Positions 37,759-46,620 of a stretch of 64,000 nt of DNA are shown piece after piece. Origin of the DNA: Burkholderiales bacterium (GTDB taxonomy: Bacteria; Pseudomonadota; Gammaproteobacteria; Burkholderiales; SHXO01); contig JADZGB010000022.1 in NCBI GenBank assembly GCA_020854105.1, positions 7,805 through 71,804 of the forward strand. The letters run 5' to 3'. How positions within the stretch are numbered: position 1 is the first letter of the stretch; each line of letters starts with the position of its first letter. The notes under the pieces were generated by a model. It was given only the letters and a program-made list of their open reading frames with translations. It was not told the origin of the DNA and did not search any database. Position numbers and translations under genes: made by a program.

Positions 37759-39096
37759 TCAGGGCGTGGCGCCGAGCGCCGTGCCGATGCCGGCGGGCAG
37801 AGTGCCCTCGGGCACCACCGCCCACGGACCCGAAATGGAGGCAGCGCGGTACCAGCGCTCACCGACCTGCAGGTAGAGGCTGGCGTCGGCCGCGTCGTGG
37901 AACAGCACGGCATCGCTGTTCACCAGCCGGGAGAGCTGGGTGCCGGCGACCTTCTGGTAGCCGGGCTGGCCGTCCACGAGCACCAGCGCCGTCGGCTGGC
38001 TGGTGACGATGACGCGCGGCGCGTCCGCCTCCAGCGCGGGGGGGCGCCCAGTACGTGCATTGGGGCGCGCGGTGAACAGATCCTGCTGACCTGCCTTCAG
38101 TGCCACCGCCTTGCCGGTCAGGAGCACCTTGGGCACGGGATTGGTCACGGTCCATGTGCCGTCGAGCTTCCTGGACTGCAAGAATCCGCCGTACACCGGA
38201 ATGTAGTAGTTGCCGCTCTTGCCCTTGAGCACGATAGCGGGCGTGTTCTCGATGCGGGTGAGCGCGGTGCCCGGCACGCTGGTCATGCGCGGCTTTCCAT
38301 ACAGCGGGACCAGGATGGCGGGCCGCGTGGACACGACGATGCGCGGCGGCGTACGCGTCTGCGGGTCGGGCAGCGGCTGCACGATCGCCTCCGACGCCTC
38401 GCCGGGCGCCGGTGCGGACGCGCTCTGCCCGGCTGCCGGAGCGCGCGGCACCGCAGCTTGCCTGTCGGTCCCAGCCCGTGCAGCACCGGCCGTTTCGCCG
38501 GCCGCCCGTTCGCTGGGTTCCGGTGCAGCCGGCTCCGGTGCGCCTGGTTCGGCACCTGGTTCCGCGGCAGCCAATTCCGGTCCAGCCAGTTCCGGTCCGG
38601 CCAGTTCCGGCGCAGGCAGTTCGGATGCGCCTGCTTCGGGTGCAGTGCGTTGCGGTATGCCGGGCTCCGTCGTACCTGCGCCCAGGGAAGTCGTCGCGGC
38701 AGAACCTTGACCGGGGCCGGCATCCAGTCGGCGTGAGTCTGCCGCCGCCGCCGCGGCCGCCGCGACGTCCTGTGCGGCCGTATCCGCCGCGGCCTGCTGC
38801 ACCTCTTCGATGGCGGGACGCGCTTCGGTGAACTCGCTCTCGAAACCGCCCGGTGCCGGCGCGACTCCTGCGGCGCCGGGGCGTGCTGGCGCGGGCGCCA
38901 CCTGTTCGTCCTCCACGGTGGCCTCGGCCTGCGTCGGCGCCGTGTCCGCGCCGGAGGCAGAGGCCGCCTGTTCCAGGCTCGGCGGGGGAAACACGTCGCG
39001 CAAGGGCGGACGCTCGCGCCGGGCTTCCCGCAGCTCCCCGCGGAAACAGCCGGCCATCATCAATGCGGCGAGGGCGATGCAGACGTATCTCGACAT
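37759..39096 (-). CDS. Lipoprotein with an Ala/Pro/Glu-rich repeat linker and a duplicated C-terminal domain (unknown function)
   Basis: ORF 37759..39288 trimmed to ATG 39096. It has a lipobox (ALMMAGC). About 250 aa are low-complexity, including a PELAG pentapeptide run. Two homologous C-terminal modules follow (PRIVVSTRPAILVPLYGKP... and PRVIVTSQPTALVLVDGQP...). Confidence 0.7.
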   Translation of the reverse strand: MSRYVCIALAALMMAGCFRGELREARRERPPLRDVFPPPSLEQAASASGADTAPTQAEATVEDEQVAPAPARPGAAGVAPAPGGFESEFTEARPAIEEVQQAAADTAAQDVAAAAAAAADSRRLDAGPGQGSAATTSLGAGTTEPGIPQRTAPEAGASELPAPELAGPELAGPELAAAEPGAEPGAPEPAAPEPSERAAGETAGAARAGTDRQAAVPRAPAAGQSASAPAPGEASEAIVQPLPDPQTRTPPRIVVSTRPAILVPLYGKPRMTSVPGTALTRIENTPAIVLKGKSGNYYIPVYGGFLQSRKLDGTWTVTNPVPKVLLTGKAVALKAGQQDLFTARPNARTGRPPALEADAPRVIVTSQPTALVLVDGQPGYQKVAGTQLSRLVNSDAVLFHDAADASLYLQVGERWYRAASISGPWAVVPEGTLPAGIGTALGATP

Positions 39097-39176
39097 GCGG
39101 CGAATCCTGCAGACGGCGCGGGCCACCACCCGGCGGCCGCACCTGTTTTTATCGAACTTCCCTGATGCGGGCGCGA

Positions 39177-39201
39177 GGCTCCGGGGACCATCCCCGGAGC
39201 C
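39177..39201 (-). terminator. Strong hairpin (11-bp perfect stem, 3-nt loop) downstream of the 39292..39903 gene
   Basis: GGCTCCGGGGA-CCA-TCCCCGGAGCC. There is no U-tract, so terminator function is an inference. Confidence 0.4.
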
Positions 39202-39291
39202 GCAGATCGGAGGCGCGCCCGCCAGCTCGATGCGGCGACAATGTCCCTGGAAAACCCTGCCGTTTCCGTCCCGACATCGCCACCGCACGCG

Positions 39292-39903
39292 TCACGCCTT
39301 CACCCAGGTCTCGGAGAAGGCGATGAAGGCCGTGCTGCTCTCCTGTCTGCCGGCGAACTCACGCGGGAACGGCCGGCCGGCGACGCCGCGTCCGTTGATG
39401 GACACGTCCACCGCGCGGGCATCGACGAACAGCGAAAACATCTCGTGGCGCCCGGTGGCCGACTTCTCCTTCGGCATCTCGATCATGAAGGGTGCGCTCA
39501 GCTCGCGCCAGGTCAAACACACCTGCCCGATCGTGCTGCGGAACCACTCCACGTGCGTGCTGGTGCCGTTGCCCGAGGGCTGGAAGTCCCAGCCCGGCAC
39601 CACGCGCACGCCGCCCAGCCCGGTCGCGCCCTTGAAGGCGCTGAAGTTGGTCACGAAGCCCTCGCGCAGGTAGCGGGCGAGCGGCTCATTGTCGGTGATG
39701 CACAGGTTGGGGCGCTCGGCGTCCTTCCCGCTTCCGCGCGGATCCTGGAGAATGAACGCGGCGTGCCCCTTGCCATACGGCGAGGTGACCACGCGAAAGA
39801 AGCTAATCAGGGTCACGAACGGGCCGTCCGCCGCGTCCTTCAGGTACATGCCAGGGTTCTCGCCGGACCAGTCCACCGCGCCTGGGTTGATCGTCGCACG
39901 CAT
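39292..39903 (-). CDS. Hypothetical protein (203 aa, no domain recognised)
   Basis: ORF 39292..39936 trimmed to ATG 39903. Codon bias is coding-like. It has no signal peptide. Confidence 0.6.
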   Translation of the reverse strand: MRATINPGAVDWSGENPGMYLKDAADGPFVTLISFFRVVTSPYGKGHAAFILQDPRGSGKDAERPNLCITDNEPLARYLREGFVTNFSAFKGATGLGGVRVVPGWDFQPSGNGTSTHVEWFRSTIGQVCLTWRELSAPFMIEMPKEKSATGRHEMFSLFVDARAVDVSINGRGVAGRPFPREFAGRQESSTAFIAFSETWVKA

Positions 39904-40026
39904 CGGGCCTCTCCTCCATGTGGGTCGCTGCGGCATCTGCCGCGGGCCCGAGAGTCTATCCCGAGTCGGCCTTCGTCACCATGCGCACCGGCAGGTGCGG
40001 ACCGATAGATGCGACCCGGCACGCGC

Positions 40027-40677
40027 TCAATGGCGCCGCGGGGAATCACCACGGCCGCCTTCCCGATCGGATCCTGCGCGCAGGTCGCGGGCGAACGGAT
40101 CGCGTTCGCCGTCCCAGGGCGTACGCGTGAGCGTCGGCGTACAGCCGAAGGTGCCGCAGCCCCCGTCGGGGCGCTCCACCGACCGCGGCCGCCACACGGC
40201 GCAATCGCCACACCGGCAATGGCGCGCGCCCGGCAGCGCGATCAGGGGCGCGGGCAGGACGCCGAAGAACTCCACGTGCGCCCGATCGTCCAGCGCATCG
40301 AAGCGCGGCTCCGGGCGCTCGAGGCGGTGCGCATCGAGCGCCTCACGCGCACTGCGGTTCTCCGCCTCCAGGCGTGCCAGGTCGCGGGCTGGGGTGTCGG
40401 GCGTCGTTTCCGTCCGATCGCCGGCAGGGGACTGCTGCAGGGACTGCGGCGGCGACGCACTGCCGGGCGGCGCTTGCGTCGACTCGTGTGCAGAGGCACG
40501 CCCTGCAGCCGTGGGGCGCGACGGCACGATGATTCCTTCGCGGTAGCCCGAGGGGCACGCAGCGTCCGTAAGCACCATGCTGCCCTGCTCTCCCAGGCAT
40601 TGCCGCACATCGGCGCGCGACGGCGCGCACGTCAGGCACAGGCTGCACAGGATCGCAAGGAGGGAAAACGCACGCAT
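40027..40677 (-). CDS. Secreted hypothetical protein with a Cys-rich C-terminus
   Basis: 216 aa. It has a signal peptide (MRAFSLLAILCSLCLTCAPSRA), a short DUF4124-like C-x-n-C hairpin and a disordered middle region. The C-terminus has CRCGDC...CGTFGC. GC3 is high throughout. Confidence 0.6.
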   Translation of the reverse strand: MRAFSLLAILCSLCLTCAPSRADVRQCLGEQGSMVLTDAACPSGYREGIIVPSRPTAAGRASAHESTQAPPGSASPPQSLQQSPAGDRTETTPDTPARDLARLEAENRSAREALDAHRLERPEPRFDALDDRAHVEFFGVLPAPLIALPGARHCRCGDCAVWRPRSVERPDGGCGTFGCTPTLTRTPWDGERDPFARDLRAGSDREGGRGDSPRRH

Positions 40678-40787
40678 GTCCGGTGGGACCGCGCGCGGTC
40701 AATCGGGTTCGGCGCAGGCATGCAGTCCGGTCATGCCGCGCACGCTGAATGCTCGGCGCGCTACAGTGACTGCGATGAGAGGATGCG

Positions 40788-42401
40788 GTGGCAAGGCAGA
40801 CAGGAAACGGCACGCCGGCCGGGGTCGCATGGTGGAAGCGCGGCATCGTCTACCAGATCTATCCCCTGTCCTTCCAGGACAGCAACGGCGACGGCAAGGG
40901 AGATCTGAACGGCATCCGCCAGCGCCTCGACTATCTCGTCTGGCTGGGCGTGGACGCGATATGGATCTCGCCGATCTATCCCTCGCCCATGGCCGACTTC
41001 GGCTACGACGTGTCGGACTACCGCGCCATCGCCGCGCAGTTCGGCACGCTGGAGCAGTTCGACGCGCTGGTGCAGGAGGCGCACGCGCACGGCCTCAGGG
41101 TCATCCTGGACTTCGTTCCCAACCACGCCTCGGACCAGCACCCGTGGTTCCTCCTGAGCCGTTCGGAGCGCGACAACCCGAAGCGTGACTGGTACATCTG
41201 GCGCGATCCGGCACCCGGCGGTGGGCCGCCGAACAACTGGATCAGCAACTTCGGCGGCAGCGCATGGACGCTGGATCCGGCCACGGGGCAGTACTACCAT
41301 CATGCCTTCCTCGCCGAGCAGCCCGATCTGAACTGGCACAACCCGCAGGTGCGTGCGGCGATGCTCGACGTGCTGCGCTTCTGGATGGAACGCGGCGTGG
41401 ACGGGTTCCGCATCGACGTGCTGTGGCACCTCGCGAAGGATCCGCAGCTGCGCGACAACCCGCCCAACCCCGGCTATCAGCCGGGTGACGCCGACATCCG
41501 GTGCCTGCTGCAGGTGTACTCCTGCGACCAGCCCGACATCCACGACATCGTCACCGGACTGCGCGCGGTGCTCGACGAATATCCCGACCGCGTGATGATC
41601 GGCGAGATCTACCTGCCGGTGGAGCGGCTGGTGGCCTACTACGGCGGCGGACGCGGCGTGCATCTGCCGTTCAACTTCCAGTTGATCGAGGCGTCGTGGA
41701 ACGCGTCCGAACTCGATCACATGGTGCACGAGTACGACTCCCTGGTGCCCCAGGAGGAATGGCCGAACTGGGTGCCGGGCAACCACGACAAGCCGCGCAT
41801 CGCCTCACGCGTGGGCGAGGCCCAGGCACGCGTGGCGGCCATGCTGCTGCTCACGCTGCGCGGCACGCCCACCATGTACTACGGCGACGAACTGGGCATG
41901 TGCGACGTGTCCATTCCGTCCGAGCGCGTGCAGGATCCATGGGAGAAGAACGAACCAGGCCTGGGGCTGGGCCGCGACCCGCAGCGTACGCCGATGCAGT
42001 GGGACACCGCCCCCAATGCCGGCTTCAGCACCGGCCTGCCCTGGCTGCCGCTGGCACACGATCACGACACGCACAACGTCGACTGCCTGGGGCGAGATCC
42101 GTCCTCTATCCTGGCCCTGTACCGGCGTCTGATCGCGCTGCGGCGCGAGAGCGCGACGCTGACCTCGGGACGCTATGCACGCGTGGCCGCCGGCACTCAG
42201 ATCATGGCGTATACGCGCGAGCGTGCGGACGAGCGCATGCTGGTCGTGCTAAACCTGGGTCATGCGCCGGATGCATTGGCGCTGCCCGGGCTGCAAGGCG
42301 AGGTGATGCTGTCCACGCGACTGGATCGCGAGGGCGAGAAGGTGTCGGATCGGGTGGAACTGCGCGGCGACGAGGGCGTGATCGTGAGGATGGTGCGATG
42401 A
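40788..42401 (+). CDS. GH13 alpha-glucosidase (oligo-1,6-glucosidase/trehalose-6-P hydrolase-like)
   Basis: 537 aa with a GTG start. Contains WWKRGIVYQIYPLSFQDSNGDGKGDLNGI, DFVPNHAS, GFRIDV and the rest of the alpha-amylase catalytic regions. Confidence 0.9.
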   Translation: MARQTGNGTPAGVAWWKRGIVYQIYPLSFQDSNGDGKGDLNGIRQRLDYLVWLGVDAIWISPIYPSPMADFGYDVSDYRAIAAQFGTLEQFDALVQEAHAHGLRVILDFVPNHASDQHPWFLLSRSERDNPKRDWYIWRDPAPGGGPPNNWISNFGGSAWTLDPATGQYYHHAFLAEQPDLNWHNPQVRAAMLDVLRFWMERGVDGFRIDVLWHLAKDPQLRDNPPNPGYQPGDADIRCLLQVYSCDQPDIHDIVTGLRAVLDEYPDRVMIGEIYLPVERLVAYYGGGRGVHLPFNFQLIEASWNASELDHMVHEYDSLVPQEEWPNWVPGNHDKPRIASRVGEAQARVAAMLLLTLRGTPTMYYGDELGMCDVSIPSERVQDPWEKNEPGLGLGRDPQRTPMQWDTAPNAGFSTGLPWLPLAHDHDTHNVDCLGRDPSSILALYRRLIALRRESATLTSGRYARVAAGTQIMAYTRERADERMLVVLNLGHAPDALALPGLQGEVMLSTRLDREGEKVSDRVELRGDEGVIVRMVR

Positions 42402-42571
42402 GGCGGCCGTGTGCGCGGCACGGTCCAGGTCAGCGCTCGCGCCCCGCTTCGTTCACGCAGCAATCGGACGACGGATCACCTCGGATGCACGGTTGTCGGC
42501 GTGCTCGCGTCGCAGACGGACGCTGCCGGCTGCGCCGCTTCCCTGTCGACACCACGGCAGTATCGCCGGTG

Positions 42572-43009
42572 TCAAACGCCCTTCTCTCGCGCGTCGCAGT
42601 CCCGTCCGAGACGGCGCATCCAGATCGCGATGGTTTCCGGCACGCTGAGCTGCGCGGCCGTGGGAACGGCCGTCGCGTCACCGAGTTCCCCGGCCCAGGC
42701 ACGCACGTCGCCATCGGTGGGCACCCAGCGGTAGGCGTCGGTGATCCAGTCGTCGACCACGGCGACGATCCACTCCGGCGTTCCCTGCGGCAGCGACGCA
42801 CTGCGTAACTTCGCTTCCGGGTAGTGCTGTTCCCAGCGTGCGCGGGCGATGCTGCGCCCGGCGCTCTGCGCGACCTGGTAGCACGCGGGGCGATCGAAAT
42901 GCTCAAGCAGCCCGCGCCGGCGGCTGCCGTCGTCGGCTTCGGAGAGCCCGGTCAGCAGAAGGCCGGACAGGAAGGATGCGACCATCGCCCTGGTGGAGGC
43001 CAGTGACAT
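42572..43009 (-). CDS. Hypothetical protein (145 aa)
   Basis: The ORF begins 4 nt after the stop of the cupin gene upstream on the minus strand. I recognise no domain. Confidence 0.5.
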   Translation of the reverse strand: MSLASTRAMVASFLSGLLLTGLSEADDGSRRRGLLEHFDRPACYQVAQSAGRSIARARWEQHYPEAKLRSASLPQGTPEWIVAVVDDWITDAYRWVPTDGDVRAWAGELGDATAVPTAAQLSVPETIAIWMRRLGRDCDAREKGV

Positions 43010-43012
43010 GAT

Positions 43013-43390
43013 TCAATCGTTCCCGGTGTCGAACTCGGCCGGCGACACGATCTCGATCAGCTCGAGGTCGTCGGAGTGGCCGAGTTCGGTGTGGCGGATG
43101 CCGGGCGGCTGGTGCACGCAGGTGCCGGCGTTCAGCATGACTTCTCCCACGCCCTCGTAGTCGAACTTGATCCAGCCCTTGAGCACGTACACCATCTGGA
43201 ATTCCACGTCGTGATGGTGGCGCTGCGGCATGGCGTGCACGCCGGGGATGGCGCGGATCACGTGCGCGACCACCTTGCCGGCGGTCGCGTCCTTGATACC
43301 CAGATCGCGATACTCGAAGAAGGCGCGCAGCCCGCGGTCCCACTGCGCATCCCTGGCGTGACTGACGGAAAACCGCATCTTCTGGTCCAT
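43013..43390 (-). CDS. Cupin-domain protein
   Basis: 125 aa. Carries cupin motifs (HHHDVEFQMVYVLKG; AGTCVHQPPGIRH). Confidence 0.8.
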   Translation of the reverse strand: MDQKMRFSVSHARDAQWDRGLRAFFEYRDLGIKDATAGKVVAHVIRAIPGVHAMPQRHHHDVEFQMVYVLKGWIKFDYEGVGEVMLNAGTCVHQPPGIRHTELGHSDDLELIEIVSPAEFDTGND

Positions 43391-43458
43391 GCACTCCTCC
43401 CTGTTCTGTCGCTCGTGCAGCGATTATGGCAGCAGCCCGGCGGCGGCGCCCGGCGCGA

Positions 43459-44235
43459 TCATCGCGGCCGGCGCACGCGGAACAGATAGCGGTTCAGGCT
43501 GAAGAAGTACTCGTCGCGCGCCCCGAGGGCGGCGAGATCCTCGCGCCACGCCGCGGCCATGTCCGCGCCCAGGCGCTTGCCGGCGTACGCGCCGATCACG
43601 CCCATCATCGCGTGGCTGTACGTGTCCGGGTCCAGGCGATCGTTCAGCAGCACGATCGCGCCGCAAGAATCGACCTGCAGTCCTGCCTGCTCCAGGCGCC
43701 GGCGCAGCGTGCGCGGCAATTGCGGATGCGGGCAGTGCCGGTCCCAGGTCTCCAGCATCCGGCGCATGCGCTCGGCATCGCTCGCGTTCCACACACAGGA
43801 GGCCCAGTCGGTGTCCACCACCACGGCACGCCCGCCCGGCCGGAGCACGCGGTGCAGCTCGCGCAGGGCCGCATCGACGTCCTCCACGTACTCGTACACC
43901 TGCGTGCACACGGCCACGTCGAAGCGGGCATCCTCGTACGGCAGGCGCGCCACGTCTCCGGTCCGGAAGCGCGCGTTAGCGGCTGCGGCGCAACGCTGCT
44001 GCGCCAGTGCCACCATGTCGGCCGACAGGTCGACGCCCTCGACGCTGCCCTGCGCACCGACGCGCCCGAGCATGTCCTGCGCGAGCAGGCCCGGCCCGCT
44101 GCCCAGGTCGGCCACGCGCTCCCCCGATGCGAGAGCGAGCGCATCGAGGATCTCGCGCCGCTGCCGCACCACGTCGGGCGTGAGATAGATCGCCTCGACG
44201 CGCCGCGCCGCGCACGCATCGAACTGCGTGCTCAT
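43459..44235 (-). CDS. Class I SAM-dependent methyltransferase
   Basis: Frame of ORF 43459..44985, trimmed to ATG 44235, which forms an ATGA overlap with the amidase stop. Contains motif I (VADLGSGPGLL) and RPGGRAVVVD. Confidence 0.85.
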   Translation of the reverse strand: MSTQFDACAARRVEAIYLTPDVVRQRREILDALALASGERVADLGSGPGLLAQDMLGRVGAQGSVEGVDLSADMVALAQQRCAAAANARFRTGDVARLPYEDARFDVAVCTQVYEYVEDVDAALRELHRVLRPGGRAVVVDTDWASCVWNASDAERMRRMLETWDRHCPHPQLPRTLRRRLEQAGLQVDSCGAIVLLNDRLDPDTYSHAMMGVIGAYAGKRLGADMAAAWREDLAALGARDEYFFSLNRYLFRVRRPR

Positions 44236-45824
44236 GCGCCGCCCGGTTCGCGTCCGGCGAGCGCCTTTTCGCACCAGCGTCCCACCGCCAGCACGGTGGC
44301 GTCCGCGCCCGGGCGTCCGACCAGCTGCAGGCCCACCGGCAGCCCGTTCGCATCCGTCCCGCAGGGGATGCTCAATGCCGGCAAGCCCGAGAAATTGAAC
44401 GGCGAGGTCAGGCGCGTGAGCGCGGTCGGGACGGGCAGCGTGCGCTCCCCGATCTGCAGGATGCTGGTGCCCCGCGGCGGAATGCTCACCGGCAGCGTGG
44501 GCAGCACGAACACGTCGGCCTCGCCCAGCGCGGCCAGCATGTTGTCGCGCAGCCAGCGCCGCAGGCGCTGCGCCTTGACGTAGTCCAGCGCACCGATGAA
44601 CTGTCCGACCTCCAGGCGCAGGCGCACGTCGGGACTCAGTCCCTCGGGCCTGTTCATCAGCAGTTCCCAGTTCGCCTGGCAGGCCTCGCTCGCGAGCGTG
44701 AGGAACTGCGTCGCCGGGGCGTACTGCATGCCCTCGACGTCGCGCTCGTCCACCCGGGCACCGGCAGCGGCCAGATCGCCGATCACCCGCATGACGTGCG
44801 CACGCACCGGATCCTCGACATGATCGAAGAAGAAGGCGACCGGCCGCACCATCCTCGGCCGCTCCACGCGCTTGCCGCCAACACAGCCGGCCGGCAGGCC
44901 CGCCATCGCCTCGAAGGCCAGGGCGGCATCGTCGACGCTGCGCGTGAGCGGTCCGATGTGATCGAGCGACCACGCCAGCGGCCACACGCCCTCGCGCGAG
45001 ACGGCATCGTGCGTGGGCTTGAAGCCGACCACGCCGCAGCAGGCCGCCGGCACGCGGATCGAGCCACCGGTGTCCGTGCCCACGCCGATGGTGGCCAGCC
45101 CCGCGGCCACCGCCGCGCCCGAGCCGCCGCTCGATCCTCCGGGCAGATGGCCGGGAGCGACCGGGTTGCCGACCGCACCGAAGTGCACGTTCGCGCTGGT
45201 CACGCCGTAGGCCAGTTCGTGCAGGTTGGCCATGCCGATCACCAGGGCGCCCGCAGCGCGCAGCTTCGCCACGGCCTCGGCATCGCGCGCGCCCTCGCGC
45301 GGCTCGATCGCCCGGGTGCCGCAGGTGGTCGGATAGCCACGCACCTGCATCAGATCCTTGACCGCAACCGGCACGCCGGCGAGCGGACCCACGTCCTCGC
45401 CCCGTGTCACGCGCAGATCCAGGGCGCGGGCATCGGCCCGTACCCGCTCCGGACGCACCGTGATGAAGGCGCTCAGGCGCTGGTGCTGGTCGATGCGCGC
45501 CAGGAACGCCTCCGCCACCTCCAGTGGCGAGAGGCTGCGGGCGCGCACGTGGGCGGCGATCTGCGCCACGCTGGCAAACGGCAGGTCGTCGATGGGCCGG
45601 GTGTCATCGGGCCGGGTCTGCGGGGAAAGCACCTCGAGCTCGCCACGCGGCGGCAGCACCAGCATGTCGCCGGCATCCGGCGCCTTCAGGATGGCGTCCA
45701 GGTCCTGCAGATGCATCGCCAGCCGCTGCTCCCACAGCGCCGCGCGCTCCAGGAAGGGGTATCCGCGCGAGCGCGCGGAAGCAGACAGCAGATCCTTGAA
45801 AGTCTCCTCGACAGGGTCGTTCAT
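44232..45824 (-). CDS. Amidase (amidase-signature family)
   Basis: 530 aa. Contains GGSSGGSGAAVAAG and the Ser-cisSer-Lys context (KDLMQVRGYPTTCG). Confidence 0.9.
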   Translation of the reverse strand: MNDPVEETFKDLLSASARSRGYPFLERAALWEQRLAMHLQDLDAILKAPDAGDMLVLPPRGELEVLSPQTRPDDTRPIDDLPFASVAQIAAHVRARSLSPLEVAEAFLARIDQHQRLSAFITVRPERVRADARALDLRVTRGEDVGPLAGVPVAVKDLMQVRGYPTTCGTRAIEPREGARDAEAVAKLRAAGALVIGMANLHELAYGVTSANVHFGAVGNPVAPGHLPGGSSGGSGAAVAAGLATIGVGTDTGGSIRVPAACCGVVGFKPTHDAVSREGVWPLAWSLDHIGPLTRSVDDAALAFEAMAGLPAGCVGGKRVERPRMVRPVAFFFDHVEDPVRAHVMRVIGDLAAAGARVDERDVEGMQYAPATQFLTLASEACQANWELLMNRPEGLSPDVRLRLEVGQFIGALDYVKAQRLRRWLRDNMLAALGEADVFVLPTLPVSIPPRGTSILQIGERTLPVPTALTRLTSPFNFSGLPALSIPCGTDANGLPVGLQLVGRPGADATVLAVGRWCEKALAGREPGGA

Positions 45825-45881
45825 CTCGTGCTTCCTTCTCCCGGTATGGTTGCGTACGTCGAATGTCTCGTTGCCCCGTTC

Positions 45882-46580
45882 TCACGGACGCTTGAGCAGG
45901 TTCAGCGTCTCCGAGTGGAACTCGCGCCAGTAGAGCACGCCGACGATCCAGGCCGTGGCGATCATGAACAGCCCGCTGCTGACGAACCAGGTGAGCGCCG
46001 CCAGCCCGAAGTAGTAGGCGCGCAGTCCGTAGTTGAAGCTCTCCGAGGCCGAATGCACCAGCTGGGCAGCGCGCGTGATGAACAGCTGCTCCGCCTCGGT
46101 GTGCTGCGGCTCCCTGGGTGCGGCGCCGATCAGGACCGAGGTGAAGTTGAACTGGCGCAGCGACCAGGTGAACTTGAAGAATGCATAGACGAAGATCCCG
46201 ATCAGCAGCAGGATCTTGATCTCCCACAGTTCGGGCGAGGCGCGGGCGTTGAAGGGCAGTCCCTCCACCACCGCCACCACCTTGTCGGTGGTGCCCAGCA
46301 GGGCGAGCAGCCCGCCCAGGATCAGCAGCGTGGTCGAGGCGAAGAAGGTGGCACTGTTGCCGAGATGGGCCGCGATCGAAGTGTCGACGATGCGCATCTC
46401 GCGCTCGACGATGCGCGCCCACCACTCGCGCCGGTATTCGCGCATCACCGACATCAGGCTGGGCACGCGCTGGGAACGCCGGCGCGCGAAGTCCGCGTAG
46501 CCGATCCAGATGGAGAAGAACCAGGCGAGCGCGAGCAGGTCGATCGCCTCGAAGCGGAACCCGCGCCAAGCGAGAATCAT
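45882..46580 (-). CDS. DUF599-family membrane protein
   Basis: 232 aa with several TM segments. REYRREWWARIVERE and the overall pattern fit DUF599. Confidence 0.75.
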   Translation of the reverse strand: MILAWRGFRFEAIDLLALAWFFSIWIGYADFARRRSQRVPSLMSVMREYRREWWARIVEREMRIVDTSIAAHLGNSATFFASTTLLILGGLLALLGTTDKVVAVVEGLPFNARASPELWEIKILLLIGIFVYAFFKFTWSLRQFNFTSVLIGAAPREPQHTEAEQLFITRAAQLVHSASESFNYGLRAYYFGLAALTWFVSSGLFMIATAWIVGVLYWREFHSETLNLLKRP

Positions 46581-46620
46581 GATGCGCCAGCCTCCCCGGA
46601 TGCGGCGCGGTCCATGGCGC

